Counted from the first letter of the stretch, positions 1-9,487 are shown. The stretch is 55,665 nt of DNA from Myxococcota bacterium (GCA_023150835.1 JAKLKB010000031.1:1-55665); one strand, 5' to 3'. The notes: generated from the sequence alone by a model not told the origin. Translations and numbers: made by a program.

Positions 1-1122
1 CAAGCCCTCGGTGGACAGGCCCTCGCCGACACCCACAGCGTCTCCACTCCCGAAGGCGGCAAGGCTCTGATCGAAGCGGCTGTTGGGCATTTTGGGCGGG
101 TGGATATCTTGATCAACAACGCGGGGATCTTGCGCGACAAGAGTTTTTCCAAGATGACACCCGATCAATGGCGAGATGTCATGAGCGTCCATCTCGACGG
201 GGCCTACCACACCACACAGCCCGCTTTTGAGGTCATGAAAGCCCAAGGCTACGGGCGGATCATCATGACCTCTTCTGCCGCTGGTTTGTACGGAAACTTC
301 GGACAAGCCAACTACGCTGCCGCAAAGCTCGGTCTCGTCGGCCTGATGCACGCACTCAAAGAAGAGGCCGACCGCTATGGGATCAAGATCAATACCGTTG
401 CCCCAATCGCACGTTCTCGCATGACCGAAGATGTGATGCCGCCCGATATGCTCGAAAAGCTGCACCCCGAAGCGGTCGCTCCGTTGGTCTTGTTCCTTGC
501 CTCACCAGAATGCCCAAACAGCGGCCATCTCTACAACGCAGGCATGGGCTATTTCAACCGCGCACTCGTGCTCACCGGCCCAACTGTCGCGATTGCCGAA
601 CACGGCATCCCTGCATCTCCCGAAGATATCGAAGATGCCATCTCCCAGATCCACGATCTGCGCGACCTCTATCCCGCAAACAACGTGATGGAATTCATCG
701 GAAGATTCAGCACTCCCCCCCCACCCCCGCAAAAAACTTCGCCATCTCACGCAGCGTCCGCAGCTTCCTCAGCAGGTGCAGCCTCAAATGAAACACAAAT
801 CGCCCTCCAATCGGTTTTTTCGCAGATGCCCGATGCCTTCCGCCCCGAAAAAGCCGAAGGGATCAGCGTGATCTTTCAATATGCCCTCTCAGGCGAAGCG
901 AGCAGCGTGTGGCACGTGATCGTCAAAGATCAGCGTTGCACCGTCCAACAAGGCGAACACAGCGCCCCGACCGTCACACTCAAGATGGACTCTCAGGACT
1001 TCTTGCGTTTTGTGCGGGGTGAACTGGATCCGATGCAAGCCTTTACCTCTGGGAAACTCCGTATCACGGGCGATATGATGGCCTCTCGCTTGATGACGAA
1101 ACTCTTCAAGATCGGCAAGTGA
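1..1122 (+). CDS. SDR family oxidoreductase (MFE-2/HSD17B4-like 3-hydroxyacyl-CoA dehydrogenase) fused to a C-terminal SCP2 sterol-carrier domain; 5'-truncated by the window edge
   Basis: Frame is open from base 1 (QALGGQALADTHSV...GRVDILINNAGILRDKSF). Has NNAG, SS..GLYGNFGQANYAAAK (YxxxK) and a C-terminal SCP2 motif LDPMQAFTSGKLRITGDM. Confidence 0.9.
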   Translation, partial: QALGGQALADTHSVSTPEGGKALIEAAVGHFGRVDILINNAGILRDKSFSKMTPDQWRDVMSVHLDGAYHTTQPAFEVMKAQGYGRIIMTSSAAGLYGNFGQANYAAAKLGLVGLMHALKEEADRYGIKINTVAPIARSRMTEDVMPPDMLEKLHPEAVAPLVLFLASPECPNSGHLYNAGMGYFNRALVLTGPTVAIAEHGIPASPEDIEDAISQIHDLRDLYPANNVMEFIGRFSTPPPPPQKTSPSHAASAASSAGAASNETQIALQSVFSQMPDAFRPEKAEGISVIFQYALSGEASSVWHVIVKDQRCTVQQGEHSAPTVTLKMDSQDFLRFVRGELDPMQAFTSGKLRITGDMMASRLMTKLFKIGK

Positions 1123-1180
1123 ACCGCCTCACAAACCCACCGCATCACTCCTCAAAAAAAGGAAAAGGAGCAAAACCAAC

Positions 1181-2392
1181 ATGGGCAAGGGGATTCGAGA
1201 CAAAGTGGTGATCTTGGGGATGGGCTGTAGTCGCTTTGGCGAGCGTTGGGACGCAGGAGCCGAAGAACTGATGGTCGAGGCGTGGCAAGAGTGCCTCGCA
1301 GACGCGGGTATCTGCGCCGATCAAGTCGAGGCTGCGTGGCTCAGCACCTGCATGGAAGAGGTCAACGTCGGCAAAAGCGCCCTTCCTCTTTCGATCGCGC
1401 TGCGGCTTTCAAACATCCCTGTGACGCGTACCGAAAACTTCTGCGCAAGCGGTACGGAAAGCTTTCGTGCTGCTTGTTACGCCGTTGCATCGGGAGCTTA
1501 CGACATCTGCCTTGCGATGGGCGTGGAAAAGCTCAAAGACGTCGGATATGGCGGACTCCCAAACTGGGGGGCAGGGGCAGGAACACTCAACTGGTTGTGG
1601 AGTCCGAACATGACGGCTCCCGGGTCTTTTGCGCAGCTTGCGTCGGCGTATTGCGCCCGATACAACGTCAAAAGCGATGACCTCAAACGTGCGATGGCTC
1701 AAGTTTCAGTCAAAAGCCACGACAACGGCAGCCGCAACCCCAAAGCGCACCTCCAAAAGCCCGTCAGCATGGAGCAAGTGTTGTCTGCGCCGATCATCGC
1801 ACACCCGCTTGGATTGTTCGATTGTTGCGGTGTCAGCGATGGAGCGGCCTGTGCGATCGTCACCACACCTGAGATCGCCCGACAGTTGGGCAAAGACAAC
1901 CTGATCTCTGTCAAAGCGCTCCAAGTGGCCCTCAGCAACGGCCAAGAGATGGCCCACAACAGTTGGGATGGCTCTTCTTTTCTCACGACCAGCATCGCAA
2001 GCCAACGCGCTTACACCGAGGCTGGCATCACCCATCCCCGCGAACAGATCTCCATGATGGAAGTCCACGATTGCTTCTCGATCACCGAACTCGTCACGAT
2101 GGAAGATCTCGGCGTCTCCCCTCGCGGCCAAGCCCCCCGCGATATCCTGAGCGGCTTCTACAACCATGACGGTCCTGTCCCCTGCCAAATCGACGGTGGA
2201 CTCAAATGTTTCGGCCATCCCATCGGTGCTTCGGGGCTTCGCATGATCTACGAGATGTACCTTCAATTTCTCCATCGGGCAGGCACCCGCCAGATCCAAC
2301 GCGATCTACACTACGGACTCACCCACAATCTCGGGGGCTTTCCCGCCATGAACGTCTGTAGCATCGCCATCCTCGGCCCCCTCCAACCTTGA
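1181..2392 (+). CDS. SCP2/SCPx-type thiolase (acetyl-CoA acetyltransferase)
   Basis: Carries the SCP2-thiolase fingerprints NFCASG (CxS), EVHDCF and GHPIGASG. RBS AGGAG lies upstream of the ATG. Confidence 0.9.
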   Translation: MGKGIRDKVVILGMGCSRFGERWDAGAEELMVEAWQECLADAGICADQVEAAWLSTCMEEVNVGKSALPLSIALRLSNIPVTRTENFCASGTESFRAACYAVASGAYDICLAMGVEKLKDVGYGGLPNWGAGAGTLNWLWSPNMTAPGSFAQLASAYCARYNVKSDDLKRAMAQVSVKSHDNGSRNPKAHLQKPVSMEQVLSAPIIAHPLGLFDCCGVSDGAACAIVTTPEIARQLGKDNLISVKALQVALSNGQEMAHNSWDGSSFLTTSIASQRAYTEAGITHPREQISMMEVHDCFSITELVTMEDLGVSPRGQAPRDILSGFYNHDGPVPCQIDGGLKCFGHPIGASGLRMIYEMYLQFLHRAGTRQIQRDLHYGLTHNLGGFPAMNVCSIAILGPLQP

Positions 2393-2579
2393 CACCTTCT
2401 TCATCCCACAAAACAAGCCAATTTGCCTTTTTGCTTCCACAACGCTCGCTCTGTGGGGCATTGCCCCCATCCCCCGCTTCCCGTGTTTTCCGAAGCGTGA
2501 AACTCCCTCTGGTCGTTTTCCATTTTTTCCGTGCCTTCCGTGGACTTGTTTTGTTTGTGTCTTTTCACCGAGCGCGTTA

Positions 2580-2650
2580 TACGGTATCCGAGTGATGTGT
2601 GATCGAAGGAGAGTGCGTAGACGCCCTGTAATAGGGCAGCCACAGGGGGC
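2580..2650 (-). mobile_element. MITE-A fragment (one end plus part of the REP hairpin)
   Basis: TACGGTATCCG end followed by gatgtgtgatcgaagga...gtagacgccc...gggcagccacaggggg, homologous to the copies at 34017 and 42560. Confidence 0.75.
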
Positions 2651-2960
2651 ATTTGATCCAACTAATTCATTTCGAGTTCAAACCTGCGAACGATCATATC
2701 GGACAGTGCGGGGTTTCGCACCTCACCCCTGTCAAAGGCGGACGTCCCCATGACCCACGGGCGCAAACAAGGTTTGCTGCGCGTTATGGGGAAAGCAAAG
2801 CCAAAGTCTCTGCCGTCCGTAAGCTTTTTTCCCCCACCTCGCCTCTGCGACAGCAGGGAGAGGGGGGCTGGGGGGGGTGAGGGTCAAACGACGTATTGCC
2901 ATTTTTTTCAACAAAATCAAATTCTTCGTAAAAATGACGTCCAATTAGTTGGTCCAAGTA
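2650..2960. mobile_element. Non-autonomous TIR element (about 310 bp) lying between two MITE-A halves, with internal GC hairpin repeats
   Basis: Left end CATTTGATCCAACTAATT versus reverse complement of the right end TACTTGGACCAACTAATT (14/18 match). Internal gggagagggggg...gggtgaggg hairpin motif at about 2831-2883. Confidence 0.6.
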
Positions 2961-3012
2961 CACACCTGTCTGCCCCTACTTCTTTACGATCACACAATGG
3001 GCGGATTTCGTA
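2961..3012 (-). mobile_element. MITE-A fragment (opposite end)
   Basis: cacacctgtctgcccctac...cgatcacacaatgggcggatttcgta matches the distal half of the 34017 and 42560 copies. Confidence 0.75.
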
Positions 3013-3217
3013 CGATACGGTGGAGTCGACCGTTTTGGGCATCACCTTCAAAGACTCGGGTTCGTTTAACCTTGAACGACCCTAGCTGCTTTTCTTTGCC
3101 GCGACAGCCGCTTGTTTTTCCTTGCGCGGGTGGATGTGGATCGCTATCTTCGGGGCTTTGGGCGTGTGAATCGGCATTCACCTGCGGATCGCAGAGGACG
3201 GATAGGAGGGGCGCGTG

Positions 3218-4282
3218 ATGGAAAAGATGCCCGATCTCTCGCAAGATGTGTGGTACATTCACCCTTATCGGGAGATTCAAAACGCGGCAGGGCCGTTTTA
3301 TGCGATGGTGGGGCGAGTGGAGGGGATACAAGCCGCCGCGCCGAGCCTTTCGTTGCTGGTATCGAGCAGCACCCACCCCCCTAGCTATTCATTCGCCAAG
3401 ATGCCGGAAACAACAGAAGAATTAGAGCAGACGTGTGAGATCCTGCTTCATAGCCAGACGCCGCGTTTGCGATATGGAGGTCAAGATCGCAGCATTATCC
3501 GCCGATTGGGAAACAGCCCGCTCTACAGCGATCACGTTCTACATGGCGGCGAAGTCGTTTTTTACGGGGACGATGGGCTTCCTCTGTTATCACAAACGGC
3601 GCGAAAACTGCCGCGAGTCGCGTCGTTGCGAAGACTGCCTGCTGCGTATGCCCCTGCCGATATCGCGCACCGTTGGATGAATGATGTTGCGCTGCGCTGC
3701 ATCAAGCGCGAAGAGGCAACAGAGCACACGCACCTGAACTCTTTGCGAAACCTGCTTAAACAAAAGCTGTTGTGGCTACAAGATCCGCAACGATACACAG
3801 AATTTCCACGCCAGATCGATCAATTTTACTGGAAAGCGGCCAATGCTTTTTCTGCGCCGCCCCCCCATCTTCGGCGTGATCTGGATGACGCGCATCCGTT
3901 GACGTTGATCATGGTGCGCATGGCTTGTCAGGTATCGCTGCGCTTTGTGTACTGGATCGGCTTTTTGGCGGAACTCCACGCAAGTTATTACGCGATGCGA
4001 GAAGAGAACACCGCTCCACCTCGACGCCCGAGTCGTGCGTGGATGACCGAATGCGCCGAGTGGATGCGAAAATATTATGATATCGCTTGCCTTCCATCCT
4101 CGCTTTTGCACCGCAGAGAAGAACTGCGCAAACAACGCCAACAATTAGATGCTTTCCTTCAAAGCCTCCGAGATGCCCGTCAAAATCTTCTGCACACTCT
4201 CCATCAACAAGCCCACCATTGCGCGACCCAATGGAAAAAGCGCCAAGCAGACCTAGAGACCGCCCTTTTCGAGAGCATCTAG
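3218..4282 (+). CDS. Hypothetical protein (about 354 aa, helical C-terminus)
   Basis: Long ORF filling the gap between the repeats and terC, with AGGAGG at 3204-3209. No recognisable motif. Confidence 0.7.
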   Translation: MEKMPDLSQDVWYIHPYREIQNAAGPFYAMVGRVEGIQAAAPSLSLLVSSSTHPPSYSFAKMPETTEELEQTCEILLHSQTPRLRYGGQDRSIIRRLGNSPLYSDHVLHGGEVVFYGDDGLPLLSQTARKLPRVASLRRLPAAYAPADIAHRWMNDVALRCIKREEATEHTHLNSLRNLLKQKLLWLQDPQRYTEFPRQIDQFYWKAANAFSAPPPHLRRDLDDAHPLTLIMVRMACQVSLRFVYWIGFLAELHASYYAMREENTAPPRRPSRAWMTECAEWMRKYYDIACLPSSLLHRREELRKQRQQLDAFLQSLRDARQNLLHTLHQQAHHCATQWKKRQADLETALFESI

Positions 4283-4384
4283 CCTCGTGTACGTTGCGGT
4301 GCTATGGTCTGCTGCTTTTTTCTGCAACGCGTGTGTTTGCGCGTTGTGGTACTATCCCTTGCCACAATCCGTCGGAGGTGTGCG

Positions 4385-5425
4385 TTGTCTGTGCAGAGTT
4401 GGATGTGGATCCTCTTTCATGTCTTTTTGGTATTGATGCTTGCGTTGGACTTGGGACTATTCCATCGCAAAAGCCATCAGATCGACGTGAAAGAAGCGTT
4501 GGTTTGGAGCGTCGTGTGGATCAGTTTGGCCATGCTTTTTAACGTGGGGATCTACTTTTGGCGGGGTTCGGAGTTTGCTATTCAATTTTTTACAGGCTAC
4601 GTCCTCGAAAAGTCTCTAAGTGTCGATAATCTTTTTGTTTTTATGTTGATCTTCTCCTTCTTTAAGGTGCCTGCGGCTTATCAACACAAAGTCCTTGCGT
4701 GGGGGATCTTTGGCGCGTTGATCATGCGTGCGATCATGATCTTTGCGGGGGTTCAATTGATCAACCGCTTCCATTGGATCCTGTATCTCTTCGGTGCTTT
4801 CTTGATCTTTACAGGCATCAAGATGGCCCTCGAAAAAGAAACAGGCGTTCATCCCGAAGACAACCCCGTGATCAAACTGGTGCGTCGCCTCTTTCGTGTC
4901 ACCGAAACCTACCAAGACGATCGGATCTTTGTCCGCCAAAATGGCGTGCTGTGGGCAACGCCTTTGTTTATCGTCATCGCAGTTGTGGAAGCGACCGACG
5001 TCGTGTTTGCGGTGGACTCGATCCCTGCGGTGCTTGCGATCTCACGCGACCCGTTCGTTGTGTACACCTCCAACGTCTTCGCGATCCTTGGGTTGCGTTC
5101 GTTGTACTTTGCGCTTGCGGGCGTGATGGATCGTTTTCACTTGCTCAAGTTTGGCCTTGCTGCGGTGCTTACATTCGTCGGCGTCAAGATGCTGATCGAT
5201 GGCTGGTATCACATCCCCACGCATACTTCTTTGGTGGTGGTGGTGAGTATGCTCGGCACGTCGGTGATCGCGTCCTTGCTGATCGCGCCCACAGAAGAAG
5301 AGATCGTCCACCTCCCCCCGGGCAGCTTCCCCGAACAGCCGCCCTATGAAACCTTGAGCGAGGCCGAGATGAGCAGCCCTGCCCTTCCTGACCCCGATCA
5401 CCCCCACGACAAGTCTTCCTCCTAA
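4385..5425 (+). CDS. TerC/Alx family integral membrane protein
   Basis: FFTGYVLEKSLSVDNLFVF, VEATDVVFAVDSIPAV and YTSNVFAILGLRSLYF motifs. Start placed at TTG after GGAGG; the exact start is uncertain. Confidence 0.92.
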   Translation: MSVQSWMWILFHVFLVLMLALDLGLFHRKSHQIDVKEALVWSVVWISLAMLFNVGIYFWRGSEFAIQFFTGYVLEKSLSVDNLFVFMLIFSFFKVPAAYQHKVLAWGIFGALIMRAIMIFAGVQLINRFHWILYLFGAFLIFTGIKMALEKETGVHPEDNPVIKLVRRLFRVTETYQDDRIFVRQNGVLWATPLFIVIAVVEATDVVFAVDSIPAVLAISRDPFVVYTSNVFAILGLRSLYFALAGVMDRFHLLKFGLAAVLTFVGVKMLIDGWYHIPTHTSLVVVVSMLGTSVIASLLIAPTEEEIVHLPPGSFPEQPPYETLSEAEMSSPALPDPDHPHDKSSS

Positions 5426-5546
5426 GCGCTCTCCGAGAGAAGTGTGCTCAAAGGGTCAGTGCGATCCGCGATGGGCGTGCTGTGGTTGGGCAGCCACAGG
5501 GGGCTGCCCCTACATCTTCCGTCTACTACGATGGGCGGATTTCGTA
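5425..5546 (-). mobile_element. MITE-A copy abutting the terC stop codon
   Basis: Internal GGGCAGCCACAGGGGGCTGCCCCTAC. Right end GGCGGATTTCGTA, degenerate left end AGCGCTCTCCGAG, flanks CTA/TTA. Confidence 0.7.
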
Positions 5547-5650
5547 TTAGCCCCCTCCGCCATCGTCTGACTCGAAACAAACACCGTTCCCTGAAACACT
5601 CGCTGTTCCAACAACTAACCCGCTTCTCCAACAACCCGAAGGAGCCGCCC

Positions 5651-8600
5651 ATGCCCATACGCCCCCCTCAACACACACCACCGCGATCTTTTCTGCCCTG
5701 CTGCACCGCTGCGACGGTGCTTTTGACATCCGCTGTCTTTGGCTTCGCAAGCCCCCGTGCCCACGCCGCCCCTCCCAAAGCCTCGGATGCTACGGCACAA
5801 CCGCACCCCCCCAAAGACTCGGATGCTACGGCACAATCAACGCATCCCAAAGCCTCGGATGCTATGAAATCCGCTCATGGCGTGATCGCAAAACGTAGGG
5901 GCAGCCCCCTGTGGCTGCCCAACCAGAGGGCGTCTACAGCGGATCGCACGACCCTTCGATCACACACCTCTCGAATATCGGATGCTACGGCACAACCAAC
6001 ACCCTCCAAATCTCCCAACGCAACGAAACGAACGACCACAACTGTGTCTGCGGCCCCTTCGATTGTTCGTAAAGTTCGCCCCACCACAAAGCCCGCAGCA
6101 TCGGCATCTCTCGCCAAAACCAAGATCAAGCCAAAAACTCCTGCTGCCAAGGCGGCCAAGACACCGAAGCCTGCACCACGTCCGTTGCGTGCGTGGCTAC
6201 TGCTTGGGCCTACGCCGCTACCGTTGCCGCTGTTTTCAAAAGACAAAGAAGGCTCTTACAAAGAAACCCAACTGCTCGCTGACGAACACCTTGATCAAGA
6301 GCGTTTGCGCCCACAGATCGGGCAAGAAGTGCCTTGGTTAGGTGGTCGATCTTTGCGTTGGCGTCCTTGGGGGGGTGGTTCGATCTCTCGCAAAAGCCCC
6401 CTTCCACAAGCCGCGTGGGCCGCAACATGGCTGCACACTACGCGCTACACCGAAGGCACGTTGATCTTGCGGTCCCATCAGCGTTTGCGTGTCTTGCTGG
6501 ATGGAAAAACGATCAGCACACAAGCCACTTGCACACCTGCCAAAGCCTCCAAACCCGCTGCTGTGACGGCCTCTTCAGCGGCCAAACCCACCCCGCCTCC
6601 TGCCTCGTTGCCCACCACCGCAACGGATCCGCGTGACCTGTTGATGTTGCGCATGGCCCAGATCCTCGAACGCCAGTCCCAACTGATCGAACGCCAAACG
6701 GCGATGCTTGGGGGGATGCTCCAACAAGCCCAAGCCCAAGCCAAAAGCCCCACCATCCCGACTCTACGGGTTTCTTTAAAGCTTACTCCCGGTCTGCATC
6801 GGATCGTGATCAAGACGCTTGCGACCCAAGATTGTCTACCGCATTGGGGGCTGGAAGCAACTCTTGAAGCTACCGATGCACCGAGCCTTCGAGCGATCAC
6901 CGCAGAGCGAATACCTACTTTTTACCACTCGATCGACTTCGTGCTGTATCGCAAGTACATCACAGCCCACAGCCTCTCTCCCGATGGAAAGCACATCGCC
7001 CTCTTGATGCAAAAGCTCCATCCCAACGGGCATCACGAATACTGGAGCGAGTTGCGCGATGCCCAACACGGTCATCTGCTACATTCGCTGCGTGCTGTCG
7101 GGGCGCTGCGCGATCTGCAATGGTCCCCCAATGGCCGCTATTACAGCTTTTCAACGATCATCAAAGGGTTAGGCGCGATCTGGCGGGTGGATCGGCAACA
7201 CGGAAGCGTGCGCTTGCTGCGTTCGGGCCTTCGGGGACTTTGGGGACACGCATGGGTCCATGACAGCCGAACGATCGTCTATAACGCCAGCCTACCGCTC
7301 ACTCCGACCGAGACCGAAAAAGCTGGACTCCTACGCTTGCGCGGGATGTTCGATCGCCTGCCTTGGCATCGCAACCGCAGCCATATCTATGCGATGTCTG
7401 CGGATGGAACGATGCACCTGCGCCTTACAGCGGGCTATTGGGGCAACGACACCCTCAAACTGCATCCAAGCGCCCCCAAGATCCTTTTTCGACGCTCGAT
7501 CCCCGACGACAAGACCCGCCCTTTTCGCAAAAGCGCTCTGTTTGAACTCGATCTGCGAACCTTGCAGATCACCCGTATCCTCGATAACTTGGGCAGCTTT
7601 TTCGGTGCGTCCTACGCCATGAACGGCGACGCCATCTTGATCAGCGGCGGTCCTTCGCTGTTTGGCATCCTCGGCCATGCACCCGATCTTCCACCCAGCA
7701 CCGTTCCCAACGACTACGACGGCGAGATCTACCTGTATCACCGCAAGACCAAGCAGATCACTTGCCCCACCCGCACCTTCGATCCAAGCGTCGAGCGGGC
7801 TTTTTGGCATCCGCTTACCCAAAAGATCTACCTCAACGCGCTTCACCGAACCCGCCGACTGTTGTATGAACTCGATCCGAAAAACGGACAGATCCGCCCA
7901 CTTGCCCATGCCAAGGGCCTCGATATCCTAAGCCAACTCAGAGCAGGCCGCCAAACCCACTCGCTCACCTACATCGGCAGCGGTCTCCAACACACCGAAA
8001 GCCTCTACCGCCTTGATTTGCGCACAGGCCGCTCCAAGCTGCTTTACGATCCCAACCAAGCCGCGTCCCAACACCTCCAACTCGGACCGATCGCCGACTG
8101 GGACGTCACCCTCAAACAAGGCGAACAACGCGACGGACACGTCTTTTACCCCCCCGGCTTTGACCCCCGAAAACGCTACCCCTTGATCGTGTATTACTAC
8201 GGCGGAACTTACCCCGTCACGCGCACCTTCGATGGGCGCTATCCCTTCCATCTTTGGGCTGCACAAGGATACGTCGTGTATGTCCTCCAACCCAGCGGTG
8301 CGATCGGCTTTGGACAACGCTTCTCCGCACGCCACGTCAACGAATGGGGAACCCTCGTTCCTTCCGAGATCATCCAGTCCACCCGACTGTTTCTTCGCGC
8401 CCATCCCTTCATCGATCCCAAGCGTGTCGGCTGTATCGGCGCAAGCTACGGCGGCTTTACCACGATGAGCGTCGTCACCAAAACCCGCCTCTTTGCTGCC
8501 GCCATCAGCCACGCAGGGATCAGCAACATCCCAAGCTACTGGGGCGGCGGATACTGGGGCTACCTCTATAGCGCCATCTCCGCAGCCCATCGCTACCCGT

Positions 8601-8908
8601 GGAGCCATCCAGACTATTTTACGCGCCAAAGCCCCCTATTCTCCGCCAACAAGATCCACACCCCCCTACTCCTCCTTCACGGTAGCCACGACACCAACGT
8701 CCCCGCCATCGAAAGCTATCAGATGTACGCCGCCTTGCGACTGCTCAAGCGGCCTGTCGAGATGGTCGTCGTCAAAGGCGAAGACCACTGGATCCTTCAA
8801 CCCAGCAAACGCATCCTCTGGAGCCACACCATCCTCGCATGGTTCGATCGCCACCTCAAAAAACAACCCCTCTGGTGGACCCGCCTGCACGGGAATCAAT
8901 CCTACTGA
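5651..8908 (+). CDS. Secreted S9 (prolyl oligopeptidase/acylaminoacyl peptidase) family serine peptidase with a beta-propeller and a long N-terminal extension
   Basis: Catalytic triad motifs GASYGG, LLLHGSHDTNV and GEDH. Propeller repeats (SLSPDGKH, WSPNGR). Signal-like N-terminus and RBS AAGGAG. Confidence 0.9.
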   Translation: MPIRPPQHTPPRSFLPCCTAATVLLTSAVFGFASPRAHAAPPKASDATAQPHPPKDSDATAQSTHPKASDAMKSAHGVIAKRRGSPLWLPNQRASTADRTTLRSHTSRISDATAQPTPSKSPNATKRTTTTVSAAPSIVRKVRPTTKPAASASLAKTKIKPKTPAAKAAKTPKPAPRPLRAWLLLGPTPLPLPLFSKDKEGSYKETQLLADEHLDQERLRPQIGQEVPWLGGRSLRWRPWGGGSISRKSPLPQAAWAATWLHTTRYTEGTLILRSHQRLRVLLDGKTISTQATCTPAKASKPAAVTASSAAKPTPPPASLPTTATDPRDLLMLRMAQILERQSQLIERQTAMLGGMLQQAQAQAKSPTIPTLRVSLKLTPGLHRIVIKTLATQDCLPHWGLEATLEATDAPSLRAITAERIPTFYHSIDFVLYRKYITAHSLSPDGKHIALLMQKLHPNGHHEYWSELRDAQHGHLLHSLRAVGALRDLQWSPNGRYYSFSTIIKGLGAIWRVDRQHGSVRLLRSGLRGLWGHAWVHDSRTIVYNASLPLTPTETEKAGLLRLRGMFDRLPWHRNRSHIYAMSADGTMHLRLTAGYWGNDTLKLHPSAPKILFRRSIPDDKTRPFRKSALFELDLRTLQITRILDNLGSFFGASYAMNGDAILISGGPSLFGILGHAPDLPPSTVPNDYDGEIYLYHRKTKQITCPTRTFDPSVERAFWHPLTQKIYLNALHRTRRLLYELDPKNGQIRPLAHAKGLDILSQLRAGRQTHSLTYIGSGLQHTESLYRLDLRTGRSKLLYDPNQAASQHLQLGPIADWDVTLKQGEQRDGHVFYPPGFDPRKRYPLIVYYYGGTYPVTRTFDGRYPFHLWAAQGYVVYVLQPSGAIGFGQRFSARHVNEWGTLVPSEIIQSTRLFLRAHPFIDPKRVGCIGASYGGFTTMSVVTKTRLFAAAISHAGISNIPSYWGGGYWGYLYSAISAAHRYPWSHPDYFTRQSPLFSANKIHTPLLLLHGSHDTNVPAIESYQMYAALRLLKRPVEMVVVKGEDHWILQPSKRILWSHTILAWFDRHLKKQPLWWTRLHGNQSY
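5774..6004 (+). repeat. 36-bp coding tandem repeat, 3 units (PKxSDATAQxxx); the third unit is interrupted by MITE-A
   Basis: Units start at 5774, 5810 and 5846 with cccaaagMctcggatgct. Unit 3 resumes at 5987 (acggcacaa). Confidence 0.85.
5863..5982 (+). mobile_element. MITE-A copy inserted in frame within the S9 peptidase gene
   Basis: TATGAAATCCG...GTAGGGGCAGCCCCCTGTGGCTGCCC...CGAATATCGGA flanked by TGC/TGC. Net insertion is 123 bp (41 codons). Confidence 0.88.
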
Positions 8909-8942
8909 TCGTTGTCTTTTGGTCTTGTGGGGCGCTGCCCCA

Positions 8943-9182
8943 TACGCGTTAGGTTAAGGCGGAAATACCGGAGAGTCGAGGATGATCGCTCTTTCTTTTG
9001 TCGGCCCCCCCTCATTCCCCCCGGCCAACGGGGGGGAAGTTGGAGCAGGCAGCGTCTGCATTTCGTGCATACAGCGCACGTCATGAAAAAACAAAATCCC
9101 CGATGCTTCCGACTTTCGCTCCCTCCCCTGTTCACGGGGGAGGGCGGGGTGGGGGGCTTTCCTCCGCTTCACCTAACGCCTA
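8943..9182. mobile_element. Non-autonomous TIR element 'B' (240 bp) with two internal GC hairpins
   Basis: TIRs TACGCGTTAGGTTAAGGCGGA and TCCGCTTCACCTAACGCCTA. Flanked on both sides by TGGGGCGCTGCCCCA (8928-8942 and 9183-9197). Confidence 0.7.
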
Positions 9183-9471
9183 TGGGGCGCTGCCCCAAAC
9201 CCCGCCATAGACTTTCGCCCCTTGACCCCGTATCGACGGTGGAAGTCTTGTGCTCGAAACGGCGACTCTGGCCTTTCGATACACCACGACCACGCCTTGT
9301 TTTCAAAACGCAGCCAGCCGCACACTTTTTCGCACGCCTTGTTCCCCAAAAGCCCGTGTTCGCGCCATGTCAAGCGGGATCGTCGTTGGTTTGAAAAAAC
9401 ATCCGATCGCTCCGCCAATACGGGGTCCATAGAGCCGCGCTAAGAAAGTGGGGTATGGGGTGAAACCCCAC
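9183..9471. repeat. Element 'C': inverted pair of about 52-bp double-hairpin arms bounding about 185 bp
   Basis: Left arm 9183-9233 is tggggcgctgccccaaaccccg...cttgaccccgtat. Right arm 9418-9471 is atacggggtcc...ggggtatggggtgaaaccccac. A third arm occurs at 21010-21064. Confidence 0.6.
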
Positions 9472-9487
9472 GAAAAATCCAACTATA

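Noticed and set aside
4283-4384. yybP-ykoY (Mn2+) riboswitch upstream of terC/alx
   Set aside because: The GGGGAGUAG...CAAGACC-type conserved elements are not visible and the gap is short.
5444-5650. N-terminal extension of the S9 peptidase as given in the ORF track
   Set aside because: It runs through a MITE-A copy. The ATG at 5651 has an RBS and leads into a signal-like sequence.
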